A stretch of DNA of 31,591 nucleotides from Candidatus Sediminicultor tertius (GCA_003527405.1 DPXH01000072.1:1-31591); one strand, 5' to 3'; positions 17,981-27,863 are shown, counted from the first letter of the stretch. Notes: a model not told the origin generated them from the letters alone. Numbers and translations are program-made.

Positions 17981-19453
17981 ATGAAGTTGAGTAAATTAAT
18001 AACAAATTTAGACGCTAAGGAAATTATCGGTGATTTAAATTTAAATATCAAAGGAATTTATCATGACTCTCGGGAAATAAAGAGAGATTTTTTATTTATA
18101 TGCATAAAAGGTTTTACTTCTGATGGACACGATTTTATCGAGGAAGCCATTAACCGGGGAGCGATTGCCCTGGTAGTAGAAAAAAAAATTCCTCCCCGGC
18201 CGGGTATTACCATAATCAGGGTAGATGATAGCCGTAAAACCCTGGCAATTTTGGCTAACCGATTTTACGGTTTTCCTTCAGGTAAATTAAAATTAATTGG
18301 AGTAACCGGAACAAACGGTAAAACTACCATCACCTATATGCTAAGAGCTATTTTTCAGGAAGCAGGTTTCAAGACCGGACTTCTGGGTACTGCTCAAAAT
18401 ATAATCGGTGATAATATTAACTCCTCTAAGATGACTACTATGGAATCGGTAGATTTACAGAAAACCCTCAAAGAAATGGTTGAACAGAAGAATGATTATG
18501 CCGTAATGGAAGTGTCTTCCCATGCCTTGCAATTATCCCGCGTAGAAGGATGCGATTTTGATGCAGCCATCTTTACCAATATCAGCAAGGAACATTTCGA
18601 AATCCATAAAAACTTTTCTAATTATTTAAAGGCCAAGAAAAAATTATTTTTAAGCTTAAATAGAAGCAGGAAAGAGGCTTCTAAAAAATTTGCCATAATT
18701 AATATTGACGAAGAGCACAGTAAAGATTTTATAGATTGTAATCAGGTTAATTTAATTACTTATGGAATAGAAAAACAAGCTGAGTTTAGAGCAAAGAATA
18801 TAAAAATAGAGCTCAAAAGTTCGTCATTTGTGGTGGAAACACCTATTGGGGATAGTGAAATATTTTTAAATTTTAGCGGGAGATACAATATATATAATGC
18901 TTTGGCAGCTATTGCCACAGCTATTACTCAGGGTATCTCCCTTGATATAATTTCCCGAGCTTTTAGTAAATTTTATGGAGCTCCGGGGAGATATAAACTG
19001 CTCGAATATGGCCAGAATTATACTATTATTATAGATTTTGCCCATAATTATCATGGGTTAGGGAATATATTACAGAATCTACGAAATTTTGCTCCCCATA
19101 ATATTATTACCGTATTTGGACATGGCGGAGAGAAATATAGTAAGGTAAGGGCTACCATGGGAGAAGTTTTAGGGACATTTAGTGATTATGTGGTAATAAC
19201 TGCGGATAATCCTAAAAGTGAAGACCCTCTGAGAATTGCCCAAGAGATTGAAAGAGGGGTCAAAAAAACAGATAAAGATTATATTATAATTACTGATCGG
19301 GTAAAGGCGATTAAACATGCTCTGGGAAAAGCCAAAGAAGGGGATATAGTATTGTTAGCCGGAAAAGGGCCTGAGAATGAGCAGATTTATCATAATAGAG
19401 CTATCCATCATAATGATGAAGAAGTCGTGAGAAATATTTTAACAGGGAGATAG
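17981..19453 (+). CDS. murE: MurE-family Mur ligase (UDP-MurNAc-dipeptide:diamino acid ligase) with atypical motifs
   Basis: DSREIK, GHDFI, GVTGTNGKTT, MEVSSHAL, AK..LF, YN.YNALAA, DFAHN, FGHGG, DNPK.EDP, LAGKG. Start reassigned to ATG 17981 (GAGGT RBS); the ORF-track extension from 17855 is repeat-derived. Confidence 0.88.
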   Translation: MKLSKLITNLDAKEIIGDLNLNIKGIYHDSREIKRDFLFICIKGFTSDGHDFIEEAINRGAIALVVEKKIPPRPGITIIRVDDSRKTLAILANRFYGFPSGKLKLIGVTGTNGKTTITYMLRAIFQEAGFKTGLLGTAQNIIGDNINSSKMTTMESVDLQKTLKEMVEQKNDYAVMEVSSHALQLSRVEGCDFDAAIFTNISKEHFEIHKNFSNYLKAKKKLFLSLNRSRKEASKKFAIINIDEEHSKDFIDCNQVNLITYGIEKQAEFRAKNIKIELKSSSFVVETPIGDSEIFLNFSGRYNIYNALAAIATAITQGISLDIISRAFSKFYGAPGRYKLLEYGQNYTIIIDFAHNYHGLGNILQNLRNFAPHNIITVFGHGGEKYSKVRATMGEVLGTFSDYVVITADNPKSEDPLRIAQEIERGVKKTDKDYIIITDRVKAIKHALGKAKEGDIVLLAGKGPENEQIYHNRAIHHNDEEVVRNILTGR

Positions 19454-19457
19454 AAGA

Positions 19458-20891
19458 TTGGAAAACTGTAAGATTAAAGAATTGATAAAGACTGTCTCGG
19501 GAAAGGTAATTCAGGGAGATCAGGATTGCTTAATAAACAGGATTTCCATAGACAGTCGAACTTTAATTCCTGGTGATCTATTTTTTGCCATAGTTGGGCC
19601 CAATTTCGATGGACATGATTTTATTATGGAAGCTTTCGACAAGGGAGCGGTTGGGGCAATAGTCTGTAAAGGCGCGAGTACTTTATTGCAGGATAAACAA
19701 ATAGATAAAGATAAAATTATTATAGAAGTAAAAGATACCCTTTCTGCCCTGCAGGATTGGTCTAAGCATTATAAGGATAAATTTAAAACTTTTAATATCT
19801 GTGTAACCGGCAGCAACGGAAAGACCACGACCAAAGAGATTATCGCTCACACCATGTCTCAGGAGTTTCCTCTTTTAAAAACCTCCGGAAATTATAATAA
19901 TGAAATCGGAATTCCTCTTACCCTGCTGCAGCTTGATAAATCACATAAGCTATTGGTGGCAGAGATGGGAATGAGGGGTTTGGGCGAGATAAGAACGCTT
20001 ACCGATTTTATTCCTCCTGATTTAGCAGTGATTACCAATATCGGAGAGGCACATATCGGTCTATTAGGTTCAAAGGATAATATTTTTAAAGCTAAATCGG
20101 AATTATTACAATCATTGGATAAAGACGGTATAGCTATTCTGAACAGAGATGACCCTTATTTTTTTAAGATGCGGGAAATTGTTCAAGACAAGAAGGTATA
20201 TACCTTTGGCATTAAAAATAAGAGTGATATTATGGCTGGCAATATCAGAATGGTCAGTGATAAGGGAATGAGATTTACCCTAAAAGTGCAAAGTGGTAAA
20301 AGCCGAGAAATATATTTTCCCTTACTGGGGAAGTATAACATTTATAATGCTCTTGCCGCTTCTGCGGCTGCTTTTGCCCTGGGAATAGAATTGGATTTAA
20401 TTGAAAGAGGATTATCTTCCTTTAAACCGTTAGATCTGCATATGCAATTGAGCAATTTTTATAAGGGTATTAAAATATTAAATGATTCCTATAATGCGAG
20501 TCCCCTATCGGTAAAAAGTGCTTTGGAAACTTTGGCAGAAGTCGGGAAAACTAACAGAAAGATAGCCATCTTGGGAGATATGCTGGAATTAGGAGAAAAG
20601 GCTGACTTCTATCACCGGGAAATAGGAAAAGAAGCAGCAAAATTGTCTATTGATATACTGATAACTGTAGGTCCGGGAGGAAAGATAATTGCCCGGTCTT
20701 TCCGGGAAGAGGGGATGGCAGAAGAAAGTATTTTTTCTTTTGAGAAAGATGAGAAGCTAAATTTAGCCAAAAAGCTGTTAAGTTTAACCACACCCGGAGA
20801 TTTTATCCTATTAAAAGGTTCCCGGGATATGAAAATGGAAGAGATTTTAGAATTTTTACAAAAAGAGCATCAAAAAAATAATCCCGCCTAA
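19458..20891 (+). CDS. murF: UDP-N-acetylmuramoyl-tripeptide--D-alanyl-D-alanine ligase
   Basis: DSRTL, GPNFDGHDF, GSNGKTTTK, NYNNEIG, EMGM, NDSYNASP, GDMLELG, LKGSR; TTG start. Confidence 0.96.
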   Translation: MENCKIKELIKTVSGKVIQGDQDCLINRISIDSRTLIPGDLFFAIVGPNFDGHDFIMEAFDKGAVGAIVCKGASTLLQDKQIDKDKIIIEVKDTLSALQDWSKHYKDKFKTFNICVTGSNGKTTTKEIIAHTMSQEFPLLKTSGNYNNEIGIPLTLLQLDKSHKLLVAEMGMRGLGEIRTLTDFIPPDLAVITNIGEAHIGLLGSKDNIFKAKSELLQSLDKDGIAILNRDDPYFFKMREIVQDKKVYTFGIKNKSDIMAGNIRMVSDKGMRFTLKVQSGKSREIYFPLLGKYNIYNALAASAAAFALGIELDLIERGLSSFKPLDLHMQLSNFYKGIKILNDSYNASPLSVKSALETLAEVGKTNRKIAILGDMLELGEKADFYHREIGKEAAKLSIDILITVGPGGKIIARSFREEGMAEESIFSFEKDEKLNLAKKLLSLTTPGDFILLKGSRDMKMEEILEFLQKEHQKNNPA

Positions 20892-20901
20892 GGAGGAGAT
20901 A

Positions 20902-21855
20902 ATGACCTATTGGCCCTTAACTTTATTAGTTTCTTTTATAATCCCGATAATTACCCTGCCGTTTTTTATAAAATATCTAAAAAAACATAATGTGGGACAG
21001 AAAATTCGTCAGGAAGGGCCGGATCTTCATCAACATAAAATGGGAACACCTACCATGGGAGGGGCAATAGTTATTCTTACTTTGGCAATGGTGGTATTAA
21101 TCTTTGTTCCCTACAATAAATATGTTTTATGGTCGTTGGCGGCCACTGTCGGTTTTGGCCTTATCGGCTTGATTGACGATTTAATTAAATATCTTAAGAA
21201 GCGGTCATTAGGTCTTCTTACTATGCAGAAGCTGTTCCTTCAAATTGCTCTGGCTTTAATAGTTGCCTATGGTGTCCAACAAAACACTGATTTAGGTACA
21301 GAAATTTATCTTCCTTTTTTAAAAAATAGTATAGACTTAGGAATTATGTTTATGCCTTTTGTGGTCCTGGTGATGGTTAGTTCGGTCAATGCGGTAAATT
21401 TAACCGACGGCCTGGATGGGCTGTCAGCCGGGCTAATAATTATTACTATGCTAAGTTTTGCTTTAATTGCCTACATGCAAAATATGTTGCCTATGAGCTT
21501 ATTTCCCCTGATAGTTGCCTTTTCCTCTTTCGGTTTTTTAATCTATAATTTTTATCCGGCAAAGATATTTTTAGGAGATGTAGGTTCTTTGGCTTTAGGC
21601 GGAGCACTTGCTTCGGTAGCAATATTTACCAAAACAGAATTATTTTTGCTGATAATAGGCGGGGTATTCGTAATCGAAACCTTATCAGTGATACTTCAGG
21701 TTGCTTCGGTGAAATTAAGGGGTAAAATAATTTTTAAGATGAGCCCCATTCACCATCATTTTGAGCTTTGTGGGTGGAAAGAACCTAAAATTATCGTCAG
21801 CTTTTGGATAGCGGGGTTAATTTTGGGTTTTGTTGGCTTACTTGGCTATTGCTAG
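20902..21855 (+). CDS. mraY: Phospho-N-acetylmuramoyl-pentapeptide transferase
   Basis: GQKIRQEGP..H..KMGTPTMGG, IGLIDD, NAVNLTDGLDGL, FLGDVGS, E..SVILQV, FKMSPIHHHFEL.GW.E. Confidence 0.97.
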   Translation: MTYWPLTLLVSFIIPIITLPFFIKYLKKHNVGQKIRQEGPDLHQHKMGTPTMGGAIVILTLAMVVLIFVPYNKYVLWSLAATVGFGLIGLIDDLIKYLKKRSLGLLTMQKLFLQIALALIVAYGVQQNTDLGTEIYLPFLKNSIDLGIMFMPFVVLVMVSSVNAVNLTDGLDGLSAGLIIITMLSFALIAYMQNMLPMSLFPLIVAFSSFGFLIYNFYPAKIFLGDVGSLALGGALASVAIFTKTELFLLIIGGVFVIETLSVILQVASVKLRGKIIFKMSPIHHHFELCGWKEPKIIVSFWIAGLILGFVGLLGYC

Positions 21856-22505
21856 CGTGGAACATAGAGTAAAATTAGCGTACAGCGTACAGCGTAGAGC
21901 GTGGAGTTAGAGAAAAGAAGTAGACGAAATATAAAAACCAATTTCCCTCTGTCATTCCCACGAAAGTGGGAATCCAGGAGTGAAAGATAAAAAAAGATAT
22001 ATTTGCGTTTTCACGGGAATGACAGAGAATAACTCGGGGTGGATAAATCCGCCCCCTACAGGAAATAAAAGCCTGCAAATAGGCATTTTATAACAAATTA
22101 GTGAAATTTAATTTTAAACTGGTTAACCAAGTAATTGAGTGAATTATAAAAGAAGGGCACAATTCATTGTGCCCCTACGCCTGAACCTTATTTCTTTAAC
22201 GCGATACGCAGTAGGAGAGTGGATTGAAACGCAAAAAGCAACACGATATACTGTATGCGAAGTTTAAATTCGTATCTCGTATCCCCGTTTTCACGGGGAC
22301 AAGTCTTGTGAATCGTATCTCGGAATATCGCGAAAAATTAAATGCGCAAAACTATAACTTAAAATTCAAAATTAAGAGAGAAAAGTTTTTAGTTTTGAAT
22401 TATGGTTTTTCGTTTTTAGTTTTAACTTTTTAGTTACTATACTGAAAACTGTCAACTGAAAACCTGTATTTAATACTAATGACTATTCACTATTCACTAA
22501 CGACT
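21856..22505. repeat. Composite repeat-built spacer (mraY-ftsW) at the usual murD position
   Basis: TAGCGTA arm, ATTCCC-N8-GGGAAT pair (21951-22023), reverse REPs (22036-22059, 22154-22178), 57-bp element (22266-22322), A/T-rich arm pair (22333-22435), ACTATTC heptamers. Confidence 0.75.
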
Positions 22506-22525
22506 AATTATGGGGTTAATTTGAG

Positions 22526-23641
22526 ATGTTAATAGAAAAAAAATCTCCTGATTTATGGCTTTTTATAACGGTAATTATTCTAATGGCTATCGGCATATGT
22601 ATGGTTTTTAGTTCGAGTTACATTATGGCCTATAAATGGTATGGAGATAGTTATTATTTTTTAAAAAGACAATTAATTTATGCTATAATAGCCCTGGCAG
22701 TATTTTTTATCGCTATATATACCGATTATCATTATTACAAAAAAATTACTTTGCCTATCTTAATTTTATCCATTGTATTACTATCGATAGTCTATATTCC
22801 CAGCATCGGAAGAACTGCCGGCGGGGCAAGCAGATGGGTTAAGATAGGATTTTTTTCTTTTCAGCCTTCCGAAATTGCCAAATTCGCTTTGATCCTATAT
22901 ATGGCAGAGTCTTTAACCAGAAAGCAATTAAAGGATATAAAAACCTTTGTTAGAGGGGTATTACCCCCTTTAATTATTATGTTTGTAATGTTTTTATTAA
23001 TCCTGAATGAACCGGATTTTAGTACTTCCTTAATTATTTTGGGCATTTCTTTTATTATGTTATTTATTGGGGGGACCAGGATAATTCAGCTTTATGCCTT
23101 AATAGTAGCAGCAATCCCCCTGGGAATATTGATATTATCCAGAGAAGAATATAGAAGAACGAGATTGCTCTCCTTTTTGGACCCCTGGAAAGACCCGTTA
23201 GATAGCGGGTTTCACATAATCCAATCCCTGTTAGCTTTGGGGAGCGGTGGAGTTTTTGGAATCGGACTGGCAGAGAGCAAACAAAAATATTTCTATCTTC
23301 CCGACCAGCATACTGACTTTATCTTCTCAATAATCGGTGAGGAATTAGGGTTTATAGGTACTGTAATAATAATTATTCTCTTTACCGTATTATTGTGGCG
23401 CGGATTCAGGATAGCCCTGGATTCTTCTGATCAATTTGGAACTTTACTGGCTGCGGGGATTACCTCTATGATAGTTTTTCAGAGTATTATAAATATTGGA
23501 GTGGTAACCAAGATGATTCCCACTACCGGCATTACCCTGCCCTTTATTAGCTATGGGGGTTCATCTCTAATTGTAAATATGTTTTGTGCAGGAATTTTAT
23601 TAAATATTTCCCGGTATAAAGTAAAAGAGCAAGGGGTTTAA
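22526..23641 (+). CDS. ftsW: Cell division peptidoglycan polymerase FtsW (SEDS)
   Basis: G..MVFSSS, GASRW, FQPSEIAK, EPDF.T, GFHIIQSL.A.GSGG, LPDQHTDFIF, G.TLPFISYGGSS. Confidence 0.96.
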   Translation: MLIEKKSPDLWLFITVIILMAIGICMVFSSSYIMAYKWYGDSYYFLKRQLIYAIIALAVFFIAIYTDYHYYKKITLPILILSIVLLSIVYIPSIGRTAGGASRWVKIGFFSFQPSEIAKFALILYMAESLTRKQLKDIKTFVRGVLPPLIIMFVMFLLILNEPDFSTSLIILGISFIMLFIGGTRIIQLYALIVAAIPLGILILSREEYRRTRLLSFLDPWKDPLDSGFHIIQSLLALGSGGVFGIGLAESKQKYFYLPDQHTDFIFSIIGEELGFIGTVIIIILFTVLLWRGFRIALDSSDQFGTLLAAGITSMIVFQSIINIGVVTKMIPTTGITLPFISYGGSSLIVNMFCAGILLNISRYKVKEQGV

Positions 23642-23644
23642 TTA

Positions 23645-24754
23645 ATGGCGCTAAAGGTGATAATTTCGGGTGGTGGAACAGGGGGGCACATATATCCAGG
23701 AATTAGCCTGGCTTATGAGATAAAAGACAGAGACGTGAATAATGATATTCTGTTTGTGGGAACTGAAAGGGGTATGGAATCAAAACTTATTCCCCGGGAA
23801 GGTTTTAGGTTTATGAAAATAAAAGCCCGGGGCATTCAACGGAAAATATGTTTTGAAAATTTAACGGCTATTATCATTTTTTTAATTTCTTTATTTCAGT
23901 CATATAAAATTATAAAAAATTATAAACCGGATATAGTTATTGGGACAGGGGGCTATGTGAGCGGTTCGGTTGTTTTGATGGCTGCGATATCAGGCATTCC
24001 CACTTTTGTCCATGAGCAAAATGTAATACCCGGGATCACCAATAAGTTTTTATCTCGTTTTGCCAGGGCAACTTTTTTAAGTTTTAGTCAGTCAGAAGAA
24101 TATTTTAGCAATAAAGCAAATTTGATTTTTACCGGTAATCCCCTACGTTTTAAGAATATTAAACAGAGCACAGACAGAGAATATAAGGAATTTAACCTTG
24201 ATCCTTCAAAAAAAACCATATTGGTATTGGGAGGCAGCAAGGGAGCAGCTTCGATTAATCGAGCTGTTTTGGAAGGTATCGATTTAACAAAAGAGGTGAT
24301 AAAAAACGACTGGCAAGTTTTATTGATTAGTGGGCAAGATGACTATGATAGTATTATGGAAATATTAGGAGAAGACCAGAAAATATTTTCGGTAAAATCT
24401 TATCTGCATGATATTGAAAAAGCCTATTCACTGGCTGATTTGGTAATCTGCCGGGCGGGAGCTACAACTTTAGCCGAGATTGCAGCCCATGGTTTACCGG
24501 CAATTTTAATACCTTACCCTTATGCTACTCATGATCACCAGGGGATTAACGCTAAAATTTTTGAAAGAGAAGGGGCCGCGATATCAATTTTAGAAAAGGA
24601 TTTATCCGCTAAGAAATTAGCCCGGGTTTTTCTCGATATATTAAAAGATAAAAATCGATTAGAAATAATGTCCAAGAAGAGCAGAGAGTTAGGTAATGAA
24701 AATTCAGCCAAGAAGATAGTGGACTATATTTGTGATTACATTAAAAAAATTTAA
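23645..24754 (+). CDS. murG: Undecaprenyl-PP-MurNAc-pentapeptide GlcNAc transferase MurG
   Basis: GGGTGGHIYP, GTGGYVS, HEQN..PG.TN, GNPLR, GGSKGA, CRAGATT, HQ..NA. Confidence 0.97.
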   Translation: MALKVIISGGGTGGHIYPGISLAYEIKDRDVNNDILFVGTERGMESKLIPREGFRFMKIKARGIQRKICFENLTAIIIFLISLFQSYKIIKNYKPDIVIGTGGYVSGSVVLMAAISGIPTFVHEQNVIPGITNKFLSRFARATFLSFSQSEEYFSNKANLIFTGNPLRFKNIKQSTDREYKEFNLDPSKKTILVLGGSKGAASINRAVLEGIDLTKEVIKNDWQVLLISGQDDYDSIMEILGEDQKIFSVKSYLHDIEKAYSLADLVICRAGATTLAEIAAHGLPAILIPYPYATHDHQGINAKIFEREGAAISILEKDLSAKKLARVFLDILKDKNRLEIMSKKSRELGNENSAKKIVDYICDYIKKI

Positions 24755-24804
24755 AAAAATAAGAATTATTTTACCAACAAAGCAGGATAATTAATAATTT
24801 TATT

Positions 24805-25180
24805 GAAACTATAATATAGTATCGAGTATAGAGTATATAGTGAAGAAAGAAGAAGACAGAAGCCAGTATTCGGAAGCCAGAAGTAGGGGTTCGATTTATC
24901 GAACCCGCCAAATAAAATTAGTAAAATAACTCGAGGCGGATGAATCCGACCCCTACAAAATAAAATCATAAGTTTTTGAGTGTAGATATCTCTCCTGTAG
25001 TACTCTACGCTAAACGCTGTACGCTATACGCTAGAGAGGTTTTGAATTTTGAGTTATGATTTTTCGTTTTAAGTTTTTAATTTTAATTACATGTTCGTTT
25101 GATTTATAAAATCCGTATAAACAAATAAACATAGAAATTTTCCTAAATAAATCTGAACGCGATACGCGATACTCGATACT
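24805..25180. repeat. Composite repeat-built spacer (murG-murC) containing a type-1 REPIN-like doublet
   Basis: GTATCGA arm, REP 24883-24907 and inverted REP 24933-24956, TACGCTA arm, T-rich arm 25040-25088, GCGATAC arm 25155-25180. Confidence 0.75.
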
Positions 25181-25205
25181 AAAAAAAGGGGTGGAATTAT
25201 ATTTA

Positions 25206-26594
25206 ATGAATGAAAAAAAATTACACATACATTTTATTGGAATTGGCGGCTCGGGAATGAGCGGCTTAGCCTCAATACTTCTTGATTCGGGTCATAAGAT
25301 AAGTGGTTCTGATATTGTAACTTCAAAGATAACTAAAAGATTGACCGATAAAGGGGCAAATATTTTTAAGGGTCATAATGAAGATAATGTAGAAGGAGCA
25401 GATTTAGTAGTAGTTTCCTCGGCAATCCCCGCATCTAATTCGGAAATAACTGGTGCCAGGGACAGAAAGATTACCACAATCAAAAGGGCTGAAATGCTGG
25501 CAAGGCTTATGGATAATAAATATGGAATAGCCGTTGCCGGTACACACGGCAAGAGCACCACTGCTTCCATGATAAGTCTCTTATTAGAAAGGAACGGGTT
25601 CGACCCCACCGTAGTAGTAGGAGGAGAGTTAAACAATTTTAAAAATAATGCTAAATTAGGGAAAGGGAATCATATAGTTGTAGAAGCCGATGAAAGTGAT
25701 GGTTCATTTTTGGAATTGAATCCCCAGATGGTTATAGTTACTAATATAGAAGATGACCATTTAGATCATTATGAAAATCTGGAAAATATTCTGAAAGATT
25801 TTAGGAAGTTTATTAGTAATGTCCCCGATAACGGACGAATTATCTTGTGTAAGGACTGCGATAATGTAAAAGAACTGGTAAAACAATGTGAGAGAAGTTA
25901 TGTTTCTTACGGAATATCTACCGAAGCGGATCTTATGGCTAAAGATATAGAATTAGATAAGTTAAGTTCTAAATCAAAGATATACTGGCGGGGCGAAAAA
26001 ATGGCCGAACTTTATTTGAAGGTTGCCGGATATCACAATATTCTAAATGCTTTGGCGGCAATTGCTGTTGCTCTGGAACTGGGGATAAGTTTTAGGGAAA
26101 TTGCTAATACATTGGAAACTTTTCGAGGGGTACATAGAAGAATGGAAATTATTGCTAATTTGGACGACAAAATATTGATACTCGATGATTATGCTCATCA
26201 TCCTACCGAGGTTAAAACAACTTTGAGCGCCTTAAGAAGCAGCTGGCAAAACAGAAGAATAATCGCTGTATTTCAACCTCACCGCTACAGTAGAACCAAA
26301 CTTTTAGCGGAAAAGTTCGGTAAGGTATTTTTTGATGCTGATTACGTAATTATCAATGATATTTATTCCGCCAATGAATCACCGATATCCGGAATCAGCG
26401 GAGAAACCATATTTAAGGAAGTAAAAAAATCCAATCATAGGCAGATAAAATATTTGCCTTCCAAAGATGATATTTTAAGTTATTTATGTGAAATTATTCA
26501 AACGGGAGATATAGTAATAACTATAGGGGCAGGAGATATTTGGACGGTTGGACAGGAATTAGCTCAAAAATTAAAAAAAACAAAGGGATTTTAA
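25206..26594 (+). CDS. murC: UDP-N-acetylmuramate--L-alanine ligase
   Basis: HFIGIGGSGMSG, GSD, AGTHGKSTT, EADESD, HLDHY, GVHRR, DDYAHHPTE, FQPHRYSRT, GAGDI. Start is ATG 25206 or GTG 25191. Confidence 0.97.
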   Translation: MNEKKLHIHFIGIGGSGMSGLASILLDSGHKISGSDIVTSKITKRLTDKGANIFKGHNEDNVEGADLVVVSSAIPASNSEITGARDRKITTIKRAEMLARLMDNKYGIAVAGTHGKSTTASMISLLLERNGFDPTVVVGGELNNFKNNAKLGKGNHIVVEADESDGSFLELNPQMVIVTNIEDDHLDHYENLENILKDFRKFISNVPDNGRIILCKDCDNVKELVKQCERSYVSYGISTEADLMAKDIELDKLSSKSKIYWRGEKMAELYLKVAGYHNILNALAAIAVALELGISFREIANTLETFRGVHRRMEIIANLDDKILILDDYAHHPTEVKTTLSALRSSWQNRRIIAVFQPHRYSRTKLLAEKFGKVFFDADYVIINDIYSANESPISGISGETIFKEVKKSNHRQIKYLPSKDDILSYLCEIIQTGDIVITIGAGDIWTVGQELAQKLKKTKGF

Positions 26595-26606
26595 TATTAT
26601 TGGAAA

Positions 26607-27521
26607 ATGAATATAGATATTATAAAAGATGAGTGCAAAAGACAAGGAATTAGCCGTATAATTAAATACGATGAGCCATTAAATAATCATACTTCATTAA
26701 GAATTGGGGGATCTGCTGATATTTTTTGCAGCCCTAACAATATCGAAGATTTAAAAAAAGTCGTTTTTATTTCTAAAGAACATAATATGCCTTTCCGGGT
26801 TATGGGAAATGGAACAAACTTATTGATTTTGGATGGCGGGATAAGAGGTTTGGTGATTAATCTAAATAAAGATTTTAAAAAAATAGAATTTTCTGATAAA
26901 ATTATAAAAGTAGGTGCAGGAGTCTCATTAGCACTCTTAAGCAAGATGGCTTTGGATAGAGAATTGAGCGGGTTAGAATTTGCCTGTGCCATTCCCGGGG
27001 CTTTGGGCGGAGCAATAATTAATAATGCCAGTTTTAAAGGAGAATGCATGGCAGATGTAGTACAAAATGTAACTTTTTTAACCCGGGAAAATAGAATAGA
27101 AAAAATATCCAAATCTAATTTGAATTTTAATTATCGTGAATGTAATTTAAAGAGTGAGTCGGTAATAATTTTAGAAGCAACTCTGATGTTGAAAAAGGGG
27201 AATAAAGAAGAGATTGAATCTAAGATAAAACAAAATATTGAAATCAGGAAAACCAGCCAGCCTTTGGATAAATTCAGCGCGGGAAGCATATTTAAAAATC
27301 CACCCGGTTATTATGCCGGAGAATTGATCGAAAAGGTTGGAGCGAAAGGGTTAACTCGAGGTAAAGCGGAGGTCTCTACCAGGCATGCTAATTTTATTGT
27401 GAATAATGGTGGTGCGTCAGCCAGAGATATTCTATATTTAATTGAAGAGATTGAGAAAAGAGTAACGAAAAATTTTGGAATAAAATTAGAGCGCGAAATA
27501 GAAATTTGGGGAGAACCCTAA
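26607..27521 (+). CDS. murB: UDP-N-acetylenolpyruvoylglucosamine reductase
   Basis: HTSLRIGG, GNGTNLL, GLEF..AIPG.LGGA..NNA, SAGSIFKNP, HANFIVN, LEREI. Confidence 0.97.
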   Translation: MNIDIIKDECKRQGISRIIKYDEPLNNHTSLRIGGSADIFCSPNNIEDLKKVVFISKEHNMPFRVMGNGTNLLILDGGIRGLVINLNKDFKKIEFSDKIIKVGAGVSLALLSKMALDRELSGLEFACAIPGALGGAIINNASFKGECMADVVQNVTFLTRENRIEKISKSNLNFNYRECNLKSESVIILEATLMLKKGNKEEIESKIKQNIEIRKTSQPLDKFSAGSIFKNPPGYYAGELIEKVGAKGLTRGKAEVSTRHANFIVNNGGASARDILYLIEEIEKRVTKNFGIKLEREIEIWGEP

Positions 27522-27526
27522 TTTCA

Positions 27527-27838
27527 GTATCGCGTATCGCGTGAAGAAAATCAGAAATCAGGAGTCAGAATAAATTAGTATCGAGATAGTATTTAGTATG
27601 TAGTAGCATCACGACATTGCCGTGATGAAGCCAAAAGGCAGAATAGAAAATAGCGGGTAGTGTATAGGGATAGAATATATAGTAGTAAGTAGGGGTTCGA
27701 TTTATCGAACCCGCCAAATAAAATTAACCAAATAACTCGGGGCGGATAAATCCGCCCCCTACAAAACAAAATCATAAATTTTAAAGTGTAGATATTTCTC
27801 CTGTTATGCTCACGTTAAACGCTGTACGCTATATGCTA
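27527..27838. repeat. Composite repeat-built spacer (murB-ftsQ) containing a type-1 REPIN-like doublet
   Basis: GTATCGC arm after the stop codon, REP 27689-27713 and inverted REP 27739-27762, TACGCTA arm; right half closely resembles 24882-25033. Confidence 0.75.
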
Positions 27839-27863
27839 ATATCAAAGGGGATTTTCAATATAA

